The notes under the pieces: model-generated
Told to the model about the DNA's origin: nothing
The model's input: only the letters and a program-made list of their open reading frames with translations
The model's database searches: none
Made by a program: the position numbers and the translations under genes
Origin: an uncultured Gammaproteobacteria bacterium
GTDB lineage: Bacteria > Patescibacteriota > Microgenomatia > Woykebacterales > RBG-16-39-9b
Length of the DNA: 64,000 nucleotides
Direction of reading: 5' to 3'
Assembly: GCA_964367355.1 (NCBI GenBank)
Contig: CAYIWY010000008.1
Coordinates: forward strand, 15,172-79,171
Shown here: positions 47,236 through 55,337 of the stretch, piece after piece
Layout of the letters: every line of letters starts with the position of its first letter
Position numbering within the stretch: position 1 is the stretch's first letter

Positions 47236-47916
47236 ATGAATAAAGAAGTTCCAAGTCATGTCGGAATAATAATGGACGGCAATCGTCGTTGGGCAAAACA
47301 AGCAGGCCTTGAAGTTAAAGCTGGTCATAAAGAAGGTGTTGAAGCCTTGGAGCGCGTTGTAAAAGCAGCAGCAAAACTCAAGGTGAAGTATCTAACCGTT
47401 TACGCTTTATCAACTGAAAACATCAAGGAAAGAAAACAAGATGAGATTGGTGATCTTTTTTCGATAATGCGAGCTGGTTTTATTACCAAACTCCCCCTCC
47501 TTAAAAAACAAGGAGTTAAAGTAAAGTTTTTTGGGGATATTAAGCACTTACCACTTGCCGTGAAACATACCTTGTCTCATGCAGAAAGAGTGCTTAGTGG
47601 TGGAAGAACTCTGCAGCTTAATATTGCAATTAATTACGGTAGTCGAGCGGAAATAATCCAGGCCGTAGAGAAACTAAGAAATGAAGACAAGGTTACTCAA
47701 AAAACATTTTCCAGTAAACTTTACTCCAAAGGAATTTCTGATCCGGACTTAATCATTCGCACAGGGGGGCAGAAACGATTGTCCAATTTTTTACTCTGGC
47801 AAGCCGCTTATTCGGAGTTGTATTTTACCGATAAACTTTGGCCGGATTTTAACGAGCATGATTTCGAACAAGCTTTAGAAGATTACAAAAATAGAAAACG
47901 GAATTTCGGGGTTTAA
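47236..47916 (+). CDS. uppS: undecaprenyl diphosphate synthase
   Basis: IMDGNRRWA, STEN, NYGSR, IRTGG..RLSNFLLWQ, RNFG. Confidence 0.96.
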   Translation: MNKEVPSHVGIIMDGNRRWAKQAGLEVKAGHKEGVEALERVVKAAAKLKVKYLTVYALSTENIKERKQDEIGDLFSIMRAGFITKLPLLKKQGVKVKFFGDIKHLPLAVKHTLSHAERVLSGGRTLQLNIAINYGSRAEIIQAVEKLRNEDKVTQKTFSSKLYSKGISDPDLIIRTGGQKRLSNFLLWQAAYSELYFTDKLWPDFNEHDFEQALEDYKNRKRNFGV

Positions 47917-47935
47917 TTTAAAATTTAGCTTTCTT

Positions 47936-48026
47936 AAGCGCAAGAAGTGCTGAGTATTTTGAAAATAAAAAGAGTAAGCTAAAATTCTGGTCTTTAAGGG
48001 AAGAAAAACTAAGTTGCACTTCTTAC
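47936..48026. repeat. inverted-repeat element related to 34362-34499
   Basis: AAGCGCAAGAAGTGCTGAGT is the exact reverse complement of 34372-34391; GCACTTCTTAC at 48016. Confidence 0.65.
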
Positions 48027-48910
48027 TGTCCGGGGAGTGCGCCGTTTGCCACCAAGAAGATTCCAATTGCCACGATAATCGCAATTACCAAGACCACAAA
48101 AATTATGACTGGAAATCCACCGTGATGTGCTTCTGGTTCTACCGCCATAGTGTTTGGGGTTGCGCCAGTAGCTTGTTGGTTGCTATCAGCTTGAGTTTGC
48201 CAAGGAAGTGGAGCATTGGCGAGATCTGGTCGTGACTCAGCAGTAGCGGCGACTGGAGCTGGAGTTTCACTGACAGGCATTGTTGGGCTAGTCGGTGCTT
48301 CTGGAGCGCTAGGTCGAAGCCAAGCTGGACCCACTTGTTCAGTACTAGGGGTTTCTGGAGCTTGTGGTGTAGGTGTCATTGCTGGAGCTGTGACCGGTTC
48401 TGGTGCTGCAGGAGTAGGTGCTGAAGTTTCCGGTACAGTTGGCATCTCGATGGTTGTTGATGGCAGTGTTGGTTCGCTAGGAATTTCAGGAGCCATTGAT
48501 GGAGCTGACATTACTTCAGGTGCTACTGCTAATGGTGTTGTGGGAATTGCTGTAGCTTCGGGTGAAGTTGGTGTAGGTTCAGGCATTATCGTTGGTTCTA
48601 CAATTGGTGTTGGCTCCGGTGTTATTGGAGTAGCAGCGGCTACTGGAGTTGATGGTATGCCCACGGTGTTTGTGTCTGGTGTTGGTGTATCAATCGAAGG
48701 CGTACTAACAGAATTTTCTATTGTTGGAGCCGCCGTTTCAATTACAGGAGTTGATGGAACTATCCCAATAGTTGAAGGTGATTCTATTGTTGGTGGAATG
48801 GTTGAAGTAGCGTTAGTTGTAGGATCAGTCGGAGATGCAGGTATATCTGATATTGTAGTTGATCCTACAGGTGCAGAACTTGTAGGTTGGGTAGTTGTTT
48901 CTTCGGGCAT
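48023..48910 (-). CDS. Pro/Thr-rich low-complexity protein with C-terminal TM helix
   Basis: composition; promoter-like TTGACA/TATAAT upstream on the minus strand. Confidence 0.75.
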   Translation of the reverse strand: MPEETTTQPTSSAPVGSTTISDIPASPTDPTTNATSTIPPTIESPSTIGIVPSTPVIETAAPTIENSVSTPSIDTPTPDTNTVGIPSTPVAAATPITPEPTPIVEPTIMPEPTPTSPEATAIPTTPLAVAPEVMSAPSMAPEIPSEPTLPSTTIEMPTVPETSAPTPAAPEPVTAPAMTPTPQAPETPSTEQVGPAWLRPSAPEAPTSPTMPVSETPAPVAATAESRPDLANAPLPWQTQADSNQQATGATPNTMAVEPEAHHGGFPVIIFVVLVIAIIVAIGIFLVANGALPGQ

Positions 48911-49152
48911 TGAATAAATTAATACTGCTTAATTTAGAGCAGTACTCCTTAGAAAGAGATTATATTATCGAAACATTCTTGTCAAGCAATTGAAATTATA
49001 TTGCTAGAGTAAGTAAAAATATTCCGGGTTTTCTTCGCTCCCCACTTCGTTTTCGAGTTCGGTTGCTTGTGCATCAAAAAAGTCAAATGCGATTATCCCT
49101 CCCGGGTAATTGAACCTAGACCAAATTTATGCTAAAATGGCCAAAGTTTCGT

Positions 49153-49217
49153 GGCCTCCCGATCCGATCGGGATTAGGATACTCCCCGGCAAAGTCGAGG
49201 AATGATCACGGGTTCGA
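49153..49217 (+). pseudogene. relic 5' part of tRNA-Glu with palindromic replacements
   Basis: GGCC...TTAGGATACT...GATCACGGGTTCGA is colinear with the intact tRNA. Confidence 0.75.
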
Positions 49218-49218
49218 T

Positions 49219-49473
49219 ATGTTTTATACTTATGTTCTAAGTAGTTTAAAAACTGATATGTTCTATGTTGGATCCACGGAGGATATTGAGAAACGTCTTA
49301 TCCGGCACAATAACGATCGTTCGAAGTTTACAAAAGGAAAAGGACCTTGGAAAGTGGTTTACTTTGAGCAATTTGAAATTCGAGCAGTAGCAATTAAAAG
49401 AGAGTTTGAAATCAAAAGTTGGAAAAGCCGAAAAGCAATTGAAAGTTTAATCAGTCGTGGCCCCGTCGTCTAG
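49219..49473 (+). CDS. small GIY-YIG nuclease (UPF0213/SLX1-like)
   Basis: YTYVL, YVGST..I..RL..HN, T....PW, AIKRE..IK.WKSR. Confidence 0.9.
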   Translation: MFYTYVLSSLKTDMFYVGSTEDIEKRLIRHNNDRSKFTKGKGPWKVVYFEQFEIRAVAIKREFEIKSWKSRKAIESLISRGPVV

Positions 49474-49534
49474 CGGTTAGGATACTTGGTTTTCATCCAA
49501 GAGATCGCGGGTTCGAGTCCCGCCGGGGTCACCA
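49459..49534 (+). tRNA. tRNA-Glu (TTC)
   Basis: GGCCCCG/CGGGGTC acceptor stem, CTTGG-TTTTCAT-CCAAG anticodon arm, GGTTCGA T-loop, encoded CCA; 76 nt. Confidence 0.95.
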
Positions 49535-49609
49535 TATTGACTGATATATTAGTAATTTTCTTACTTATAACTGCGGCTTTCCTACTTTTAGTGTACAATT
49601 CTAATTTCT

Positions 49610-50362
49610 ATGAAGTATAAAGCCATAGTTTTTGATATTGATGGTACAGCAATTCCAAATATTAAGGGTGGAAAACCTTCCAACGAACTAAAAGAATTGA
49701 TAAAGAAGGCTCAAAAGAGTTTTGTTGTAAGTATTGCTACCGGTCGTGTCTATCACCTCTGTGAAAATTTACTTAAAGAACTATCTCTTAAACACCCTTG
49801 CGTAATCTCTGGGGGTACTCAGGTGGTTGATCCTATTTCTGGTAATGTCTTATGGGAAAAATTAATTGAAGAAGAGTCTTTAGAAGAAATTTTAAACATT
49901 TTAAAACCATATTCGTATGAAATATTCTTTAGCGATGACCCAAACGGTCGAATTGCAAGTCAGAAGTTGGTTAGTAAGGAAAGATTTATAAATATTAAAT
50001 ATATTGGTAGTAGGGACAGTGAAAATATTATGAAACAGCTGAAACTACTAACTAATATCGTTGCCCACAAAGTAAGTTCTTGGAAAAAAGGAACTTTTGA
50101 TATTCATATAACTAATTCGAAAGCAACTAAAGACCATGCAATAAAATTTGTCCTGGAGAAATTGAGTTTGAAAAAAGAAGAGGTTATTGGTGTCGGTGAT
50201 AGTGATAATGACTTGCCTATTTTTGATTCAGTTGGGTTTAAAGTGGCAATGGGAAATTCAACAAAAGCACTGAAGGAAAAAGCCGATTATATTGGTTTAA
50301 CAGTAGATGAAGATGGTTTAGTGGAAATAATCACAAAGAAATTATTGAATCAAGTGTTGTAA
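49610..50362 (+). CDS. Cof-type HAD-IIB hydrolase
   Basis: FDIDGT, ATGR, GDSDND, AMGN. Confidence 0.9.
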   Translation: MKYKAIVFDIDGTAIPNIKGGKPSNELKELIKKAQKSFVVSIATGRVYHLCENLLKELSLKHPCVISGGTQVVDPISGNVLWEKLIEEESLEEILNILKPYSYEIFFSDDPNGRIASQKLVSKERFINIKYIGSRDSENIMKQLKLLTNIVAHKVSSWKKGTFDIHITNSKATKDHAIKFVLEKLSLKKEEVIGVGDSDNDLPIFDSVGFKVAMGNSTKALKEKADYIGLTVDEDGLVEIITKKLLNQVL

Positions 50363-50444
50363 GATTAGCAATTCTGTTTGACTTATCGATCATAAAACTG
50401 TATATTTGGACAGATTTGCACGCAAAGTAGGAGGGAGAAATAAT

Positions 50445-51284
50445 TTGCTGGAGCTAGTTAAACTCTGCTTAATAGCTATGGTCATAGTAATCGCCTGGCA
50501 ACCATTCTTTCGACTTTTCTTGTTGGGTGTCATCTTACTTCTCAAAACACCTCTGCTAAAAAGTGAGACTCAACTCGGGAGAGAGAATGTTCCTAAAAAA
50601 GGACCGGGACTTGTATTGACTAACCACTTCACTACCGGCGAAGAGGCAGGACTGTTGTTCTACTTACTCTCTCGGATTCAGGGACTAATGCAGGTCTACT
50701 TGCTTTACAAAAAGGAACTGGATGGTACGAACCTCAAAACAATGCCGTTTGGTCTAATTGCGCGAATTTTCCTACGTGGCGCTGGTTTTCGACCAACACA
50801 TCGCGAACAAAGAGATGAGGTCGCAAGCGACTGGACTGCAAAACGGCTAACAAGAGGTAAGTCGATCTTGGCAATGCCCGAAGGAACCAGTCGCCATGAA
50901 GGGTTAATCCTGGCCAAGCGGAAAGGCTTAGCTCGACTGGCGATGCAAGGCAATTACTGGGTCTTGCCAGTCGCAATTCCTAACGGTGCCCATGCCATTT
51001 CCGACGGTCTCAGTACTTGGCGATCTCGTTTCAAAACGGACAAGCGTCACAACATCGTTGTCGTTTACGGTAAGCCCTTTTTCCTGAAGGATCTCGGGCT
51101 TAACCTTCATAACGACCCAACCGGAGAGAAAGCAACAACTGAGATTATGGTGCGAATCGGTGCCATGCTGCCAGAACACTTGCGGGGTTTCTACGCAAGT
51201 GCTGTTAAAGAATTTTTGTCTGGTAACGCTTCGGATGTTGGTTACTACCGCAATCTGCAAACCTCTCTTGACCACCTTGGTTAA
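50445..51284 (+). CDS. PlsC-like lysophospholipid acyltransferase
   Basis: NH motif, KKEL, MPEGTSR, VLPVAI, YGKPF; GGAGG before TTG start. Confidence 0.72.
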   Translation: MLELVKLCLIAMVIVIAWQPFFRLFLLGVILLLKTPLLKSETQLGRENVPKKGPGLVLTNHFTTGEEAGLLFYLLSRIQGLMQVYLLYKKELDGTNLKTMPFGLIARIFLRGAGFRPTHREQRDEVASDWTAKRLTRGKSILAMPEGTSRHEGLILAKRKGLARLAMQGNYWVLPVAIPNGAHAISDGLSTWRSRFKTDKRHNIVVVYGKPFFLKDLGLNLHNDPTGEKATTEIMVRIGAMLPEHLRGFYASAVKEFLSGNASDVGYYRNLQTSLDHLG

Positions 51285-51323
51285 GAGAGGCCTTTTTATA
51301 AATTGACACCCTCAACAACTTAG

Positions 51324-52973
51324 TTGGATAATCTTCTTGTGGACGCAGATTTGCCCAAAAGTGATAAATACTTTCTCAAAGATAAACAAAAGGTTTTTTT
51401 CTTAACCGGGATTTATGTTTTTGGTCAAACGTTTTTCGTTTGGTTCTTAGCATTTTTCTTTAACCCGGGGCTTTTTCTTGTTTCAACCGTAATAGCTTTT
51501 TTCATCTTCTTTTTTTCCTATTTAATTTATTTTTCTCCCCTGGCTTTAAAAATCCAAAAAAGTGCCTCAAGTCCCTGGATGACTATTCCATATCCACTGG
51601 CAATCTTCTCTGCAATGGTTTTGGTTCCCAAGATATCACTTCTGATAATGTCGATCTTTTTTGTTGTAATTTTCCCAATAATTCTAGAATATGATCGGAA
51701 AAAAATTGTTCCGTTTTTTGTTGGCCTATCGCTTTTTTTGATTGGCATTTACCTTTTCATTTTCGATAAAAACTATTTGTCTATTGAAAAGTTAATTATT
51801 TTTGTCTGGATTGCCTTTTCCTATTTCGCTTTTTCGATTCTCGAGTACTTTTTTTCTAAAGAAGTTTATAACCAACGCGATGAGATTGATGAACTTAGAA
51901 AATTATCAGATACTCTTGTTCTGGAAAGAGATAAGCTCAGTTTTGTAATTTCAAATATGAAGGATGCGGTTTTGGTTTTGGATGAGAAACAAAAAATCGT
52001 TGTTTTCAACCATGTGGCCGAGGAATTAACTGGTCGAAAGACTGCGGATGTGATCGGGGAATCCGCAGATTCAGTTTTAAAGTTTAGTTTTCACGGCTCT
52101 TCCTACAAATTTAGTGATTTGGAATCTACCCCCACAAAACTTGAAACCATTACTCTCGTGGGAATAAATAAAATAGAAACTCAGGTCAAACCTTTCTTGA
52201 AAAAAATTACGATGCCAGAAACGTCAACTGAACAATATGTTTTAACCTTAACCAATCTTTCGAAAGAAAAAGAATTAGAAAAACTACGGCTTAATTTCGT
52301 TACTATTGCTGCTCATGAGCTGCGCACGCCAATAACCTATATCAAAGGTTACCTATCTTTTCTAATTGAAACTGCTAAGAAGAAACTTAGTCAAGAAGAG
52401 CAAGATTTTCTGGAAAAAGCTTTTGTTGGGACTAATAATCTGGCTTACTTAACTGAAAACCTTTTAGCCGTCTCGAATATTGAAACCAAGGCAATGAATT
52501 TGCAAAAAGAAGAAACAGACTGGGCCACCATTGTTGAAGAAATAGTTAACAAATACCGGCCAGTGGCAGATTGGAAAGAAGTTACGATTTCATTAAATAA
52601 ACCCAAAACCAAATTACCGAAAGTTAAGGTCGATAAATTCAGAATCGGGCAGGTACTGGACAATTTACTTTCAAATGCAGTTGATTTTAACAAAGAGAAA
52701 GGTAATATTGATGTTTCAATCAAGATTCAAGGTAAAGAGATAATTACAGCAATTAGGGATACGGGTATTGGAATCCCGAAAGAAAAACTACCAGAGCTTT
52801 TCACCGAGTTTTTCCGTTTTTCCGGTCCGCTTGTTCAAGCCTCTAAAGGGGCGGGCTTAGGACTTTTTATTGCGAAATATATTGTTGAAAACCACAAAGG
52901 TAAGATCTCTGTTGAGAGTCAACTAGGCAAGGGTAGTACTTTTTCTTTTAGCCTACCAATAGTTGCCAAATAA
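51324..52973 (+). CDS. multi-TM PAS sensor histidine kinase
   Basis: AHELRTP, NLLSNA, DTGIGIP, GAGLGL; start uncertain. Confidence 0.9.
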   Translation: MDNLLVDADLPKSDKYFLKDKQKVFFLTGIYVFGQTFFVWFLAFFFNPGLFLVSTVIAFFIFFFSYLIYFSPLALKIQKSASSPWMTIPYPLAIFSAMVLVPKISLLIMSIFFVVIFPIILEYDRKKIVPFFVGLSLFLIGIYLFIFDKNYLSIEKLIIFVWIAFSYFAFSILEYFFSKEVYNQRDEIDELRKLSDTLVLERDKLSFVISNMKDAVLVLDEKQKIVVFNHVAEELTGRKTADVIGESADSVLKFSFHGSSYKFSDLESTPTKLETITLVGINKIETQVKPFLKKITMPETSTEQYVLTLTNLSKEKELEKLRLNFVTIAAHELRTPITYIKGYLSFLIETAKKKLSQEEQDFLEKAFVGTNNLAYLTENLLAVSNIETKAMNLQKEETDWATIVEEIVNKYRPVADWKEVTISLNKPKTKLPKVKVDKFRIGQVLDNLLSNAVDFNKEKGNIDVSIKIQGKEIITAIRDTGIGIPKEKLPELFTEFFRFSGPLVQASKGAGLGLFIAKYIVENHKGKISVESQLGKGSTFSFSLPIVAK

Positions 52974-53016
52974 GTTAAGTACCTTCGAATTGAGTTTTAA
53001 GAGCATCTCTAAACTA

Positions 53017-53128
53017 TTGACAAAACTTGTCCCTTTTGATAACATTCACAAACTAAAGTCGCTCGGGTTTGAGTAATGAGCTCAAGAGACTTCGATAGAG
53101 TAATCCCCCCGAACCAAGAGGGGATTTT
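53017..53128 (+). promoter_or_regulatory. promoter and structured leader/attenuator upstream of greA
   Basis: TTGACA(53017)-17-TAACAT; stems AAGTC/GACTT, TTGAG/CTCAA, AATCCCC/GGGGATT+TT. Confidence 0.55.
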
Positions 53129-53189
53129 GCGTTTATTAAAGAGAATTTAGAATTTATATGCCACTAAAGTGTCATCTTCTTAAGAAGCT

Positions 53190-53681
53190 ATGAAAAAGTC
53201 CACTAAAAACGAAATAATCGAACGAAAAGAAACAAGAGTTTTGTTGACCGAAGAAGGTTTAAAAAAACTTAAAAATGAGTATGAGGATTTGGTTACTGTT
53301 AAAAGAAAAGATGTAACCGAGAAAATCGCTCGTGCTCGCGATTTTGGTGATCTTTCTGAAAACTCTGAGTACGATAGTGCAAGAGAAGAACAAAGTTTCA
53401 TTGAAGGTCGGATAATGGAACTGGAAGAAATTCTTACTCACGCAAAATTGATTGAAAAATCAAGCGAAAGTAAAGTCAATATTGGCTCAAAAGTTAAAAT
53501 CCAAAGCGGTAGTGATATTGATGAGTATACGATTGTGTCTTCAGTTGAGGCTAATCCAATGGAAGGAAAAATTTCGATTGATTCTCCAGTTGGTAAAGCT
53601 CTGCTTGGTTCAAGAGTTGGTGATGAGGTTAAAATCTTAACCAATGTTCAGGCGATTTATAAAGTATTGGAAGTTAAATAA
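53190..53681 (+). CDS. greA: transcription elongation factor GreA
   Basis: LTEEG, GDLSENSEY, ISIDSPVGKAL. Confidence 0.96.
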   Translation: MKKSTKNEIIERKETRVLLTEEGLKKLKNEYEDLVTVKRKDVTEKIARARDFGDLSENSEYDSAREEQSFIEGRIMELEEILTHAKLIEKSSESKVNIGSKVKIQSGSDIDEYTIVSSVEANPMEGKISIDSPVGKALLGSRVGDEVKILTNVQAIYKVLEVK

Positions 53682-53683
53682 GA

Positions 53684-53747
53684 TCCAATACTTTCATTTG
53701 CTTCGCAAAAGTATAGGAATCATTTGCCGCAAAAGTAAAGTGTTGGA
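53684..53747. repeat. small composite repeat (outer inverted repeat, inner direct repeats)
   Basis: TCCAATACTTT/AAAGTGTTGGA enclosing TCATTTGC(TT)CGCAAAAGTA twice. Confidence 0.55.
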
Positions 53748-53810
53748 CGTTAGTTAAATTCCTCTTTCTATTCCCTTGTCTAAAGCTAAACTACAATATA
53801 TACTGGTAGC

Positions 53811-55337
53811 ATGTTTTGGGCTGATATTATTGCCAAAAATTTAAAAGATAAAGGCCCGCATTTGGTTAATGATGCCAAAACGCCATCGGGAAAGGTTCAT
53901 GTTGGAGCACTGAGGGGAGTTTTGATTCATGATTTTGTCCACAAAGCGCTTCTTGAGACAGGTGTAAAATCAACTTACACCTATCATTTTGATGATTTTG
54001 ACCCGATGGACGGTTTGCCAGTTTACCTTGACCAAAAGAAATATCAAGAGTATATGGGTCGTCCTCTCAACGACGTCCCGGCTCCAGTAGGCGAAGGAAG
54101 TTATGCACAGTATTACGCCAATGATTTTCTCAAAGTCTTTAACAAACTTGGAGCCAACCCGGAAATTATTTGGTCTTCAAAATTATATAAAGATGGCAGA
54201 CTTGACCACACGATAAAAATAGTTCTTGATTCGGTAGAAAAAATACAGGAAATTTACCACAGAGTTTCCGGTTCGGAAAAGAAAAAAGGTTGGCTGCCGT
54301 TTCAGCCAATTTGTCCGAATTGCAAAAAAATAGGCACAACTCTAGCCACAGAATGGGATGGCAACGAGGTTAAATTTACCTGCGAAAAGGATTTGGTTGT
54401 CTGGGCTCAGGGTTGTGGTTATGTAGGCAAAGTATCACCATTTGGGGGAAATGGAAAAATGCCCTACAAAGTTGAGTGGGCGGCAAAATGGTTTGCCCTT
54501 GGAGTAACCGTGGAGGGAGCCGGTAAAGACCATTCTTCAAAAGGTGGGACACGAGATGTTGCTAATACAATTATGCGGGAGGTTTTTCAAAAAGAACCGC
54601 CTGCCGATGTTCCTTATGAGCATATCTTATTTGGTGGGAAAAAGATGAGCTCGTCCAAGGGTTTAGGCTCTTCGGCGGCGGATGTGTCGGAATTACTACC
54701 TCCAGAAATTTTACGCTTTTTATTTGCTCGAGTTCCATATCAACGGGCGATTGATTTTGACCCTTCTTTACCAAATACAATCCCAGATCTTTTTGATGAA
54801 TTCGATCGTGGCCAACACGCATTTTTTTCAAAAGAGAATGATGATTTGGCCAAAACCTGGCAAGCTTCACAGATCGGGGAGATTAAAGAAGAATTTAACT
54901 TGCGGTTCAACCTAATCAAAGAATTTGTCAAAAATCTAAAATCCGAATCTGACATCCTGAAGGAAGCCGAAAAACTCCAAGGACGGGCCTTGTCAAAAAC
55001 TGATGAAGAGGCGATCACACTTCGCATAAAATACGTTAAACTGTGGTTGGAAAAGTTCGGTGAAAAAATGTCCATCCCCGGAATGGACACGAAAAAAGAC
55101 TTGACAGTCAATCAAAAAGAGTTGTTAGCTATTTTAGCTGTGGAGTTAACAGAGGAAATGACAGAAGACGAACTGCAGAATTTTATCTATAATAAAGGTA
55201 AAGACTTAGGACTGAAACCAGCGGAAACCTTCCAGGCAGTTTACCTAGTCTTGCTGGGAAAAGAGCAGGGTCCAAAAGCTGGAGTACTGATAAAATCAGT
55301 TGGCATTACACAAGTAAAAGAAAAATTTAACCAATGA
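53811..55337 (+). CDS. lysS: lysine--tRNA ligase, class I
   Basis: MFWAD, TPSGKVHVG, CPNC, KVEWAAKW, GKDH, KMSSSKG. Confidence 0.93.
   Translation: MFWADIIAKNLKDKGPHLVNDAKTPSGKVHVGALRGVLIHDFVHKALLETGVKSTYTYHFDDFDPMDGLPVYLDQKKYQEYMGRPLNDVPAPVGEGSYAQYYANDFLKVFNKLGANPEIIWSSKLYKDGRLDHTIKIVLDSVEKIQEIYHRVSGSEKKKGWLPFQPICPNCKKIGTTLATEWDGNEVKFTCEKDLVVWAQGCGYVGKVSPFGGNGKMPYKVEWAAKWFALGVTVEGAGKDHSSKGGTRDVANTIMREVFQKEPPADVPYEHILFGGKKMSSSKGLGSSAADVSELLPPEILRFLFARVPYQRAIDFDPSLPNTIPDLFDEFDRGQHAFFSKENDDLAKTWQASQIGEIKEEFNLRFNLIKEFVKNLKSESDILKEAEKLQGRALSKTDEEAITLRIKYVKLWLEKFGEKMSIPGMDTKKDLTVNQKELLAILAVELTEEMTEDELQNFIYNKGKDLGLKPAETFQAVYLVLLGKEQGPKAGVLIKSVGITQVKEKFNQ

Noticed and set aside
48216-48917. 233-aa Gly/Val-rich ORF on the + strand
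   Set aside because: Antisense shadow of the Pro/Thr-rich minus-strand gene, which has its own promoter and TM anchor.
48990-49109. ncRNA in the divergent intergenic region before the tRNA locus
   Set aside because: No convincing stems or recognisable tmRNA, SRP or RNase P motifs.
49153-49217. Second functional tRNA or intron-split tRNA
   Set aside because: No 3' acceptor strand or CCA and no valid anticodon arm; the downstream tRNA is complete by itself.
49129-49218. N-terminal extension of the GIY-YIG ORF
   Set aside because: It is translated promoter and relic-tRNA sequence; the family-typical start is MFYTYVL at 49219.
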